Positions 25,831 through 37,954 of a stretch of 64,000 nucleotides of DNA are shown here, in pieces. Every line of letters begins with the position of its first letter. The first letter of the stretch is position 1. The notes under the pieces were generated by a model. That model had not been told where the DNA came from. It worked only from the letters and a program-made list of their open reading frames with translations, and did no database searches. The stretch comes from Cetorhinus maximus (lineage: Eukaryota): positions 5,952,001 to 6,016,000 of the forward strand of contig NC_135894.1 in assembly GCF_964194155.1 (NCBI RefSeq), in the 5' to 3' direction. The position numbers and the translations under genes were made by a program.

Positions 25831-27110
25831 GACTTCTTCCTTAACGGTTGCTGGTTGTGTTCTTGCTAAGGCTTGATATCCAATTGTGTACTCTAAGGTC
25901 AACTTTTTAATGAAATACCTTCTCGTTACTGCCATTTTCCCTGTGATGAGACACTGAGCGTCGATCTGACAGTGCAGCGTCCCCATCCGTTTCCATGAAG
26001 CCATAACACCCTGAGTTACATGTCGTGTGGACATGTGGTTCCTTGGGGGCGCTGTTCTAATAACAATGAATGAGAATGTTCAACAATTGTTTTACAATAC
26101 CCTGGGTAACTGTCAGCATATACATGTTGATATGTCTATTCTTGGTTTGTGGAGGGCTGTTCGTTTGTTTGTCGATATGTACAATTAGTTCACGTATTTC
26201 ACAAAATTTGAAGGCAGTTCTGGAGTGAGTTTAGAAGCCCTTATGAATGTCAAAGGGATTTCAGGAGATCAGGATTCAGCCATTATTTAATTTATTTGTT
26301 AAATGCAGCATTTGTTACGCAATGCACTCCAGGCAGATTTGGAAGATTGATTTTTATGGGCCGGGGGTTATGATGGACAGGCAGGGCGGTGGTGTTGAGT
26401 CCACAGTCAGATTATCCATGCTTATTTTGAATGGTGGAAGGGAACAGAAGGGCCGAATGGGCCTTTATTTACTTATAATAATAATGGGGTTCCGAGCTAG
26501 TTACAGTGCTTGCAGGGGTATTCCCAGAATTCACATTCATGGAGGGTTATGAGAATATGCAGCAGCTGCAACATGAGTAGCACGGATTCCATGCTTCGAA
26601 TCCTTGATTCTAAAATGATTATTCGTAGCCAAATATATCCTGTTAAAATTTCCAAGATGTCCGTTTGTAAGTGCAACATATTGATATATGTCACTGTCAC
26701 TGAGTCCACTCAGATACAAGGCAGCAACTCTAATATCTGCCAGTTCCACAATTCTGTGCGAGTATTTAAAGCTGCTGAGGAACCTTCTTGCTGTCTATAT
26801 TCATGTTCCATGCTCATGTTTGTTGTCTGCAAAGTTGTCAGAGTGAATCAGTTTGTGTTGAACCAGCTACATCAGTGGAAACAGATGGCTGCGAGGCAAA
26901 GTTTTCAACGGAAATATTCTGTTTCAATTCATTTTCATCACCGTTGACAATCGATTTAAAGAAATAATTTGTAAATGTCTATGTCTGCTGAGATTGTATT
27001 CATTCTAAATAGTGTCCGGTAAATGTGCCATCCGATGAATGGCTCTTGATAAAAACTGTAACTTTATAACTGCACCACTTCTGTGTTCGGACATTGATCT
27101 TCATTAAATA
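24300..27110 (-). pseudogene. Long degraded, apparently intronless coding sequence of unknown family (split by a CR1 tail at ~26290-26480)
   Basis: One minus frame runs ~250 codons from ~26250 to 25520 with only scattered stops. An upstream piece reads HRIVELADIRVAALYLSGLSDSDIYQYVALTNGHLGNFNRIYL. Its paralog at 16.4-18 kb shows patches of synonymous change. Confidence 0.45.
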
Positions 27111-27371
27111 TTCAGACACCTATAATTATCCAGATAAACCTTTAGCCCCCGAGATTTCAGGGTGACGGTAAAATATGACTATTTAGGTTGATTCGAAGCA
27201 AGTAACCAACTGACTTATTTTAAAGGTGCACTCTCGTAAACTGGATAACAGCAAGTCAAGGTTTTGCATTTACACATACTCAATCTATCTGTTTGCTTTT
27301 GATAAACAACAATATTAATGCTACACTGGCCTAGAAATTAGTGCAGAAATAGTGCCTCATTTTCCATGGCT

Positions 27372-28712
27372 TAGACCATAAGACATAGGAGCAGAAATTA
27401 GGCCATTCGGCACATCGTGTCTGCTCCGCCATTCAATCAGGGCTGAGAAGTTTGTCAACCCCATTTTCCCGCCTTCTCCTCGTAACCTTTGATCCAATCT
27501 ATCTCGGTTAAATACACTCAAAGACCTGGCCTCCACAGCCTTCTGAATTCCATAGATTCACTACTCTCTGGCTAAAGAATTTTCTCCTCATCTCTGTTGT
27601 AAAATGTCCTCCCTTTACTCTGAGGCTGTGTCCTCGGGTCCTAGTCCCTCCTACTAATGGAAACATCATCCCCAAGTCCACTCTATCCAGGTCTTTCAGT
27701 AATCTAAGATTCAGTTAGATCCCCCCCCTTCATACTTCTAAACTCCATCGAGTATAGACCAAGAGTCCTCAAACGTACCTCATATGTTAAGCCTTTCATT
27801 CCTGGGATCATTCTCGTGCACCTCCTCTGGACTCTCTCCAGGGCCAGCACATCCCACTTCAGATATGGGGCCCAAAATTGCTCACAATATTCTAAATGTG
27901 GTATGACCAGAACCTTATAAAGCCTCAGCAGCACATCCCTGATTTTATATTCTAGTCCTCTCGAAATAAATGCCAACATTGCATTTGCCTTCCTAACTAC
28001 CGCGTCAACTTGCATGTTAACCTTAAGAAAATCCTGGACTAGGACTCCCAAGTCCCTTTGCACTCCAGGATTCTGAATTCTCTCCCCGTTTAGAAAATAG
28101 ACTATGCCTCTATTCTTCCTACCAAGGTGCACAACATCACAATTCCCAACGTAGTATTCCATCCGCCACTTATTTGCCCATTCTCCTAACCTGTCCAAAT
28201 CCTTCTGTAGCCAGCCCACTTCCTCAATACTACCTGTCCCTCCCCTTATCTTTGTATCATCTGCAAAGTTCGCCAGGATGCCCTCAGTTCCTTCATCTTG
28301 ATCAGTAATGTATAAATTGAAACGTTGTTTTCCCAACACTGACCCCTGCAGAACTCTACTAGTCACGGGCCGCCATCCTGAGAAGGATCCCCTTATCCCC
28401 ACTCTCTGCCTCCTGCCAGACAGCCAATCATCTATCTATGCTATCACCTTGCCTCTAACACCATGGGCTCGTATCTTACTGAGGATCCTCCTGTGCTGCA
28501 TCTTGTTAAATGCCTTCTGGAAGTCCAAGTAGATAACATCCATTGGCTCTCCTTTGTCTAAACTACTCGTTAAATTCTCAAAAAATTCTAACAGATGTGT
28601 CAGGCATGACGTCCCCTTGATGAAACAATGCTGACTTTGCCCGGTTTTACCATGCACTTCCAAGTATTCTGAAATCTCATCCTTAATAATGAACTCTAAA
28701 ATCTTACCAACT
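27372..28712 (-). mobile_element. Young 5'-truncated CR1 LINE (RT domain + 3' UTR)
   Basis: SQHCFIKGTSCLTHLLEFFE..DVIYLDFQKAF, QGSVLG, NFADDTK, PHLEYCEQFWAPYL; 3' end ataagacataggagcagaaattaggccattcggc. Confidence 0.97.
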
Positions 28713-28719
28713 TATTTTA

Positions 28720-29260
28720 TTTCACTTCAAAGGTACAGGGAGGATTGTGGTTCCATCTATACTTGAATTTACTGATTGATTTGGAATCGGAGACATTGAT
28801 TCTGACCTGTGGATTTGTAGTGTTATACATTTGGGAAAGTGTGCACAGATTACGGTAACTTGGTACCGTGATGCTCTTTTGTGATCAGGGGAAAAAATAT
28901 TTGCAGGCACTAAACTGTCCTGTAGTTTCAGTGAATACATCAAATTGCTCAAAAAAAAATACTTGTTGTCTTTTTACAGACTTTATTTATACAGCTCAAA
29001 TTCAAGTTCCGAGGGGAAAATTACAGGCACATTATGTCCACATTGGAGGTGAACTGCAAACATAACACGAGCAGAGAAGCCACCACAACGCCAAGTGCTT
29101 CTTGTTAGTCCACAGGACAGCAAAACGCGCAGTGACTGTTGTGAGTCTCTGCAGGCTGCGAGTTGCGTTTAATGCGTTGGGGGACATGAATGTCCCCATC
29201 GTTTCCAAGAGCTCGCCTTCTATAAAGCACATCCCTTCCTGTTTAGAGGGAACTCAATTA
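28720..29260 (+). pseudogene. Degraded coding remnant of unknown family, homologous to 42600-43090
   Basis: FAG..LSC...E and YV.I..E....HHNA[K/R]CFL.V are shared with the 42.8-43.0 kb region; spacing from Y to HHNA is an identical 48 nt. Confidence 0.55.
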
Positions 29261-32200
29261 CGTCTCCCCTGAGAGAGATCATTGAATGTGGAATTTAATT
29301 TTGTTCCCTGTTTTCGGTAATTCTTTATATTTTTTTATTATTCTCTCCTGAAGTCTCTTCGAGTGATCATGTTTCCTCAACTATTTGGAAAGTTGCCCTA
29401 TGCAACTTCGCAACACATATATGGTGTGCAATGCAGCAGCAATACTGAGTCTACAGTTCAGAATGTTTAAAAGCTCTTCAATGTGCACATGCAGCAAATT
29501 TATGATTTTAAAATGTGTTGCCTTCATTGCTGGCTGCATTGATAATGGTAATGGACGTGAAGTGCCATGATTCCAATGTTGCATTTGACTGAGACTTCAA
29601 CCAAGAAGGCGACTTTGATAATCCATTTTAATACAATTTGCCAGTGTTTCTAGAGTTGTTTAATACTTTCTCTGTAGCATGTTATTTCCCGTCCATTGCA
29701 CCCCGAAATCTTTATGTGTCCTTAGAATCTCTTTTTTAATGGCAGTATGCTATAGATGCTGTGAGACTGAAAATTGACCAAAAAACCTTGAAATATTTAG
29801 AATTCCAAGCAACAGGTGTAAGGAGAAAAATAATCTTCATCATTCAGCCAAGTGTCCTTTTGTTAAAAATGGTAAATGTTGTGTCATCATATTTCCAGTA
29901 GGAACAGGCACTTTGAAAGTGGGAAGGGGGAAAATTGTTTAAAGAACTCAAGTAAATCTATATCATACTGAGAACGGCAGAGGTGCCTAAACGGAGGGCA
30001 TAATCTTTTCCAGCTCCCTTTGTAAGCAATATTATAGAAAAACAATTTTGACGTGATTTATATTTAACTCGGTTCTGAGCTTGGGAAGATGCAATGTGTG
30101 AAGGAGGGAATTAAGGTTCATTTGTAGAAAATTCAGTTAAAATCCATTGAAATAGTCCAGGGGCTGAAGAGAGAATGGCCTGGCTGAGGTGGGAGAAAAA
30201 AATTACATTGGAAACTTATTTGAAGGTGATTGTCACGCTTGAGGACTTCACAGTAATTTTCAGCAAAACAATGACATAATGTTTGCTTTGTCTCTCGAAT
30301 GTAAGCAGAAAAATATTAGGGGTAATGAATATTCAACCCTTTTACTTTGGAAGGAGTGAATATGGCTCTTCATATTAAATGAGAGGACATGAATGGAAAC
30401 CTGCTGCCCATTCAACAACTATAGGGGAAGGTGCCATTAAAAGAAGAGTGGGTATCCTTGGTGAAGCAATAATGGACCAGGGACTTTTTAGGGAATGTAA
30501 CCATGTAATTAAATAAAATGAATCTAGAGGTAGCTTGTATAGGTTTTATGGTAGCTTTCAATAGGATGTGGCGGAAATGGCAAAGCCTGAGGCCTGAATT
30601 TGTAGGTTTTTGGAGTAAATGTCGAGGAGCAGTTTTCACCATGGTGTAAACAATAATGGAGACGAGCGTCACTTGAACTCTTTGAAATGGAACACGCATT
30701 TTTGACGGACGGCAACCATTGAGTCAGTGAGCCCACAATTGAGGAAAAGATAAATCATATCCGAAGCAACCTTTGGAAGCTTGCATTGCCAAAATGGAAG
30801 TTAGAGAAACAGAGAAGTTGGGAGTTTGGCATAGCATCCTCAAGAGAGGAGGATTGTGGAAACTTTAATTCAGGTAACTGTGTTGATCAGATTCTTAGGG
30901 TATATTATTCTTGACAGAAATGGGGAAGCTGCTCTCCCCCTCCAGCATCTTTATGTCCCCAAGTGTCTGAGTTCCATGAAGATTTTATTCGTGTTCTAGT
31001 GATCTACACTAGATAAATCGTTCCCGCCCCTTCCCTTTCATTACTTCAAATTGACACTTCCAACCTGTCCTCCAACACCCTGAATTTCCGCTCCCATCTC
31101 TATGGGACAATCCCATGCCATCACAGGTGAGAAAAACAAATGTTCCATTGGGGTGAGCCTGTACGGCTGACCTGTCCCTCACAATCTAACAGCTGTAACC
31201 AAATAGATTAAATTGTAGGAAACAAATTATTTTGCCAAAATCTCCCAAAAGGTTTTTACTACAAAAAGCTAGTATCAGTGGCCAAAAAAATTGGCTGTTC
31301 CGAACAGCAAATTTAAACAGATTTAATTTCAGCTGACATTCACCCTCTTAACTAAGGCTCCAGGTAAACTTTTTATACTCGCAGAAATGTTAACTATAAT
31401 CTATTGATTAACTCTGGAGAAATTTACCATGATAATCATCATATTACCGAATGCTTCATTGCTAGAATTTGTTTGGGATTGGGGTAAGGACAGGGAATTA
31501 TGTAATAATTATGCAGATGAAATCTATAACAAATGCATTACGATAATACATTCTCAAATGTTTGCATGGACTCCTTTTGAACTGGTCATTATAAGACAGA
31601 GGGTGTATGTTTCAGTTTGGAATTGTTCAGCTAAGTTCTATCTGTGAATTAATGAGTCTGTGTAATGTTCTGTTAATGAGCTTGCGGTTTGTGACTGACA
31701 CCAAAAAGTGTAATTCGCATGTCAACTCAACTAACACAAACACGTGTGGAGCGAGATTTAAAAGGTAACCGTGCTTTAAGCTATTGTATATTACTCTATT
31801 CGGACATAAGTGAAAAACAGTCTCTCAAATTGCCAACGTGTCTGAGCTTCAAATAATTATTTCCACGAGAAAAGTGATAACGTTAATATAATGCATGGAT
31901 TAATTTGCCTTGATTTGTTTCAAGCCTTTGAATGGAGTTGCACGGAATGTGGAATGATAACCAATATTCATTGGAAATGTTTAGTGGAGTTAAGGGCTCC
32001 TTTTATTTTAGTACTCGGTAGGGTGAGGGCTGTAGTTGTGACAAAGTCGTTTTTTTTTCTCCATACTGGTCAATCCCGTTGTTCCTTTTGCAGATATTTT
32101 ACAGGCCAGGAAACAGGTAGCAGGTGTTACATCGGGACGCAGAATGGAACTTAGGTAAAGATTACTTGCTTCCTCTTTTTAACCATCTGAAATGAAATTG

Positions 32201-32959
32201 ATCAAAAAGTAAAGGGTGATTATTTTTAGTTCTGTTCTCGGCTGCTGTGTAGTCCAGTGCATGAAACAGTCATGGACACTTTTAAAATTAACAGTGGAAT
32301 GCGGAAGCTCTGCTCAGTGAGGACAGGATAGGAGCAGTTACTATCGTGACCACACGATAGAAGCTGCCTTCATGGTGCGAACATCAATGTTCGTGCCTGC
32401 CTGAAACGGTAGAATCCTGTTTTGTGAATAGCAATCCAGGTGGTAGTACAGAATGGAGAATGGTTTAAGATTTAAGCACCGCTCCTCTGTGCACCGCCCT
32501 TGGGTCAGGAATAAAGTATATTTGAATGCATTTGACAGCCATTGTTTCATCACTCTAATCTTGTTCATTTCAATTCCTTACATGACTAAATTCATGCAGT
32601 GTAACAAACATGTGATGCGATTCAATCCCTTCACCTCTAACTAAGACAATGTGATCATTAATTGTGATCAATAGAGCTTTTCACAATCCAAAATTATATA
32701 TCATGCGATATTAAATCACTTCTTCCTCGATTGTCTCCATCTTCACGTTTTAAAATTGATGGTCAGCGTTGTCTATAACTCAGCGCAATGAGACTAGGTT
32801 GAAGTGCAGTCAGGAACCATTCCTAGACCCTGTTCGGGGATGGGCTGCAACAGCGTGGGTCGACAACGTGCATCAATGTAGAAGTTATTGGGGATTTGAT
32901 ATTAAGCGGAGTGGAATGTTATTCCTCCTGTCAAGTTCGCACATTTTGCATTTCTCCAC

Positions 32960-33030
32960 CCGTCCCCACATCCCGCCCCCCCCCCCCCCCCCCACACCAC
33001 CCACACCCCACCCCCCCACACCCTCCTCGT
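32960..33030. repeat. Poly-C / CCA low-complexity tract (G-quadruplex-prone on the minus strand)
   Basis: Run of ~18 C plus CCA repeats. Confidence 0.9.
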
Positions 33031-33199
33031 AACAGAGAAAAAAATGCAGTTGAATGGGTGCAGTGAATTCTGGAAAGGCGAGACGAGTAGAAGGCACGGT
33101 CCAATTTGGGACAGATGACATAGCTAGAGAATTGACACAGCTCATTATTACAAATTTTCATCAACGAGAAACTGTGAAAACCGGGCTTCACAGTTCATT

Positions 33200-35720
33200 A
33201 TCTGTAGATTCATCCCAGAGCTGCATGCTGGGAAATATTGAACCAAGAAGGTAGTGCAGATGAATGCATGGTTCCGCACATGATGGACGAGAAATAACTT
33301 CAGGTGCCTAGGATAATCTCGACAAGAGGGAAGAGACAAGATTAATTTTGATAATCTGTGGATCTTGCCCCCGATCAGGGCTACGACAATGCATTTAAAT
33401 ATTGTTGTGGGCGACAGTCTAAAATGTATGAGTGTGATTGGATACCAGGACCCAGCAAATGAGTGAAGGAGCGGCAACACGACAAGGAATGGAGACATAA
33501 GAAAAGCAACAACATTTTAACAAATATATTTAAGGCGTGTAGGGTATTAAGGAATAGCTGGCTGTCAAGTTAAGGAATTTTCCAGAATCGATTGACAAGT
33601 TTGCTACAGAAGGTGCTACATGAGTTGATGATAATGAGAATAAAACAGAATACTTGGGAAATGATGGGAACCGGGCGCCTTTGTCTGCAGTAAACACTGA
33701 GCGGATATAGTTGAGATAAATGAGGTTGGAGGCAATATTGTTCAGGAAATAGATGAGAATTCTACAGGAGTGCAGAATAGCAGAGCACTGATAGCCTAAA
33801 TCATTTTGGTCAGATAAACAGAAGGAGCAATGTAAAGTAGTTCGATGTCTTTTAGTGATTATCAAATAACACACAGCAGATTCGCGATTGAATTTATCAG
33901 CAAACTTTAGTGACATGTGAAATTAAAGGTCAACATTATCGAGCGTTTTCACTTACCATGTACAGGCTGGGGAACATGATAAGAAAAGGCAAAGAGGGCG
34001 AAAGATCACTAAATTTTCTCGAATAAAATCTGCTTAATCAATTTGTTAGAAGGACAGTGAAGAAGGTTCAAATTTTCGATATAGTTTTGCTGAAAGAATT
34101 CGCAAAAATGTTCTGTGTTTCAGACGATGGAATGCGGTGGAATAATGCATATATATATATGTGTGTGTGTGTGTATAATAATTATTCTACCAAAATTTCA
34201 AGGTTCAAAATAATAATTACGTGATTTTTTATGCAATTGATGTAGGGAAGATTACAAATCGTCTACATTCAAAGTAGAAACGGTTATGTAACCAGCCAAA
34301 ATATTTCCATGACGAAGGAACAATAATAAAGTTCAGAAGTTTGAGGAAAATGTTTCAATCTTCTTTGGGAATTGAACTGCTGCTCGAGAAATGAATTAGT
34401 GCAAATGTTATGGTGTTGTACATGAAGGGGCAGATGGCAACTCTTGGAATAGCGGACTCATCTTTATAACATCTTTGACATTGGAGAGACCTCATCAAGG
34501 AAAAAATAATTCTAACTTGGGAAATGGATTAACAATGTCAACCAGACCATTTGTTAAAGCCAATCATGTCTGAATAATCTGTGAATTATCTGATGAATTA
34601 ACAGACATTGCGAGGAAGGGCATGCTATCGATATGTATGACGTGGGATTTCAATTTTGTCAAACAAACTCTTTGCAGATTTTCACAGTCAGTCCAAGTGC
34701 ATTGCATGAAAGAACATTGTTAACTTGCTTGTTTGGTTGACGAAAAGGGAGGCGGATGAAAATAGTCGTAAATGAATTGTCATCCGAGTAGGAAGAGTGT
34801 GTTCCGCTTAGGCATCGAGTATAATACTATTCATCTTTTTTTTACACATATGTTTAAAATATTAAGATAAGTTTGGGTACAGAAAGAAACTGGTTTCAAC
34901 ACTTTATAATGTTGCAAAATCATGAACATATTAGCAACAGATATAAGACGGACACAGGCAAAGTGGTAAAGTGGCCAGACGCGTGGCTGCTTGAATTTTT
35001 TGTGCTTTTGTGAGACGCAATGCATCATGGGAAACATTCGTCTTGTGGCATCAAAGTATAAATGTGACTACTTTGAAGGGGGAAATGAACACAATTACGA
35101 TGATGTGCATGCCCATGATTACTTGAAAGCGGCGTGGAGATTGGGGCAAATGAAACATACTCTGTACTGGTTTGGTAAACATGGGTATTAAATTGAAATC
35201 TAATGAATCATTTAATACATTTGTAAATTAATTGGTATTATTCAGGTGGCATATGGCGCACAATTTTAGTCACTGTAATGGCGGAAGGATGTGAAGGTCC
35301 TGCAGAAGGTACAGAAAAAGTTGTTAGGAAGACACGATGACAACTAAATAACATCATGAATATAAACCAACAACATTCTGGGGTTGGCCTCACAATGTAG
35401 ATATTGGGAAGGCGTCCTTCTCGCATAAAGTCCTAGAAATAGGGAGCGATATTCAAAAACATAGGATCTCTCAAACAAGTGGCAGATGAGCAGGAATGTC
35501 TTATTTCAGAACGATGTTAGTCTTTGAAAGCTCCTTGCACGGAGGTTGATGGGCATTGAGGTTTTGTCAGTTTGAGAAAGACAATGCATTTGATCCTCAA
35601 AGAAGCTGTGTTATTTTGAAGGGTTGTGGCAGAGACATGGATTTCTGGCTCAAATCAGATCAACAATGATCATTTTGAACAGCAGAGAAGGCTTGCTGAG
35701 GCATATGGCATCTTCCATTC
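33200..35720 (+). mobile_element. Very old, long CR1 LINE remnant
   Basis: Ordered remnants of the endonuclease start, QHGF..KSCLTNL-like aaagccaatcatgtctgaataatctg, the RT tail and a 3' UTR. Confidence 0.6.
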
Positions 35721-35844
35721 CCGGAGTATCTTATGGGCGGGAGAATGTTGTTATGTGGAGAGATTGGTGAAATTGTTTTGTTTTTTTTTTCCTGTTGGAG
35801 CTGAATAGGCTATGAAATGATCCAACAGCGCTTGTAACACATAA

Positions 35845-36850
35845 TCATAGAACAATTACTGAAGATAAGTAGACTATTCAGCCCATCTTTTCCATGCAAT
35901 CCCGAGGAAACCAAGAAGCCCATTCTAATCCCACCTTCCTTCAACCGGCCCATATCCCTGCAGCTTACAACACTTTAAGTGCACATCCAGGTGCTTTTTA
36001 AAAGCGTTTAAAGTTTCTGCCTCTACCACAAATATGGACAGCGAATTCCAGTCATCTACTAGACGCAGTGTAAAAAAAAATCTTACCCATTTCACCCCTA
36101 TACCTTCTGCTAATTGTCTTGAATCTATGTCCCCTGGTTTTAGAATTTTCAGTCAAGGGATACAATTTTATCCAGTCCACTCTATCTATTCCCCTTATAA
36201 CTTTGTACACTTCAATCAAGTTACCTCTCAGCCTTCTTTGTTCTAAGCAAAATAACCCCAAACTATCCAATCTCTCCTTGTAGCTACGCTTTTTAAAATC
36301 TGGAAACAATCTTGTAAAACTCCTCTGCACTCTCTCTAAAGCTATTCCGACCTTCCTGTAATGCAGTCACCAGAACTGCATACAATACTCCAGTTGAGGC
36401 CTTACCAATGTTTCATACAATTCCAACCATTTATCCTTACTTTTATGTTCTATACCTCTGCCAATCAAGGAGAGCATTTCATACCGCTTCTATCCAATCT
36501 TGTCTGCTTGAAATGCTGCTTTCAGTTACCTATGTACTATTACGCCAAGATCACTACAGTTTAATGTGCACTAATGTTGTTTACATTTTATCATGAATGA
36601 TTTTCTCTTGAAATCCATGTCCCTCTTCATAAAGCACAAACCCTGTATGCTTTATCATCATACTCTATCAGATTATGTAATTTATGGAAATATAGCAGCC
36701 CTCTCTGCCTCGAAACCACATATGTAAACTACTCAGTATTTTCTATATTCTCGCCTCCAGGTACTTACCAAGTTAATCACCTCATACCTTCGTGTCATTG
36801 GCAAACTTTGAGATCGTGTGTTTGCAGTCAATTATCTGCCATTACTACAT
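35845..36850 (-). mobile_element. CR1 LINE 3' fragment
   Basis: QRSFTRLFP..SYKERLDSLGLFCLEQRRLRGNLIEVYK. Confidence 0.92.
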
Positions 36851-36859
36851 ACTAGTAAA

Positions 36860-37350
36860 AGCAGGCGATTAACGTTGATATGTTAATTGGTTAGCGAGGT
36901 GATGGCGGATTGGGAGTTATCGTACGTGGAAAGCTTGGTCAGACTTGTGGAGGACCCCACTTAGAATAATGAGAGATGATTTTATTTTTACACTTGAAAG
37001 GTCCTGATGGAGATTGATATGGTGACGGCTGAATGGATGTTTCGACTCGTGGAACAGTCTAGAACTGGATCGCAGGGCTTAAAAGCTAAGTTTCCTCCCA
37101 CTTCAGTCGCGGGTGAGAAGAATTTTTTCTCAGGTGATCTTGAAACTTTGAATGTCTCTTATCCAAAGAGCAGTGACAGGAGGGCCAGTGCACATTTTTA
37201 ACGTGAATGTAGAAGCACGCTTGATTAACAAGGGGGTCGAATTTCATCGCGGGTAGCTTAAATATGGGGTTGAGGCCACAAGAATATCAGTCATGATCTT
37301 ATTGAATGGCGGCGCAGGCTCTAATGGCAGAATGACCTACTGTTGCTCCT
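36860..37350 (+). mobile_element. CR1 LINE 3' end
   Basis: MFRLVEQSRTGSQGLK and 3' UTR atcagtcatgatcttattgaatggcgg. Confidence 0.8.
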
Positions 37351-37954
37351 AGTTAGTGTGTGTGGGGAATATGTTATTGCTGAAGAACGTCTGCTTGCTG
37401 CAGTTTCCGTGTGAGAATGCGAGAGGGGGTAGTTCTGTGTGGAGAGAGATCTTTGTGTTTAAGATGTTTCTCTGTATGGATGGTGTCTGCGGGGGCGCTC
37501 GTGTGCATGAATGGGGAGAAGTCCTCTCTGTGGAGCAAGGCTGCATCAGCAAGAATGGAAAATAGCGATGAAAACAGCAGTATCCTCCTACATCTGTCTA
37601 CTCACTGTCCTGTGCACGTCTTTCTCTGTTATCTTCCTCTGGCCTCATTTCATACCGGGTTCGATTTCCAAAATAAAAGCACTGCCCAAAATCTCTCAAC
37701 TGCTCAAATTCTGCTCCCTTATCTATCTAAAATTTTCATCACTTCACTATTGAGGAGCGAGGGTTACATATGACCTACAATCATATCTCCTCCTGCTGTC
37801 GTGCAACCAATGAAACTTCACAGAGTATCATTCTAAATATACCTCAACCACCGTTATCGGAGATGAAAGCTAGTTAAATTACTTCATTTTAAGTTCAACC
37901 TATAACCTGTCTTCTCGGAAAATAAAGAAGAAAATGCAAAATTGTAATTAAAAA

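Noticed and set aside
18735-28712. Active autonomous retrotransposons
   Set aside because: Both young CR1 copies are 5'-truncated and carry stops and frameshifts.
32885-33191. Gly-rich and Pro-rich ORFs
   Set aside because: Artefacts of the poly-C tract.
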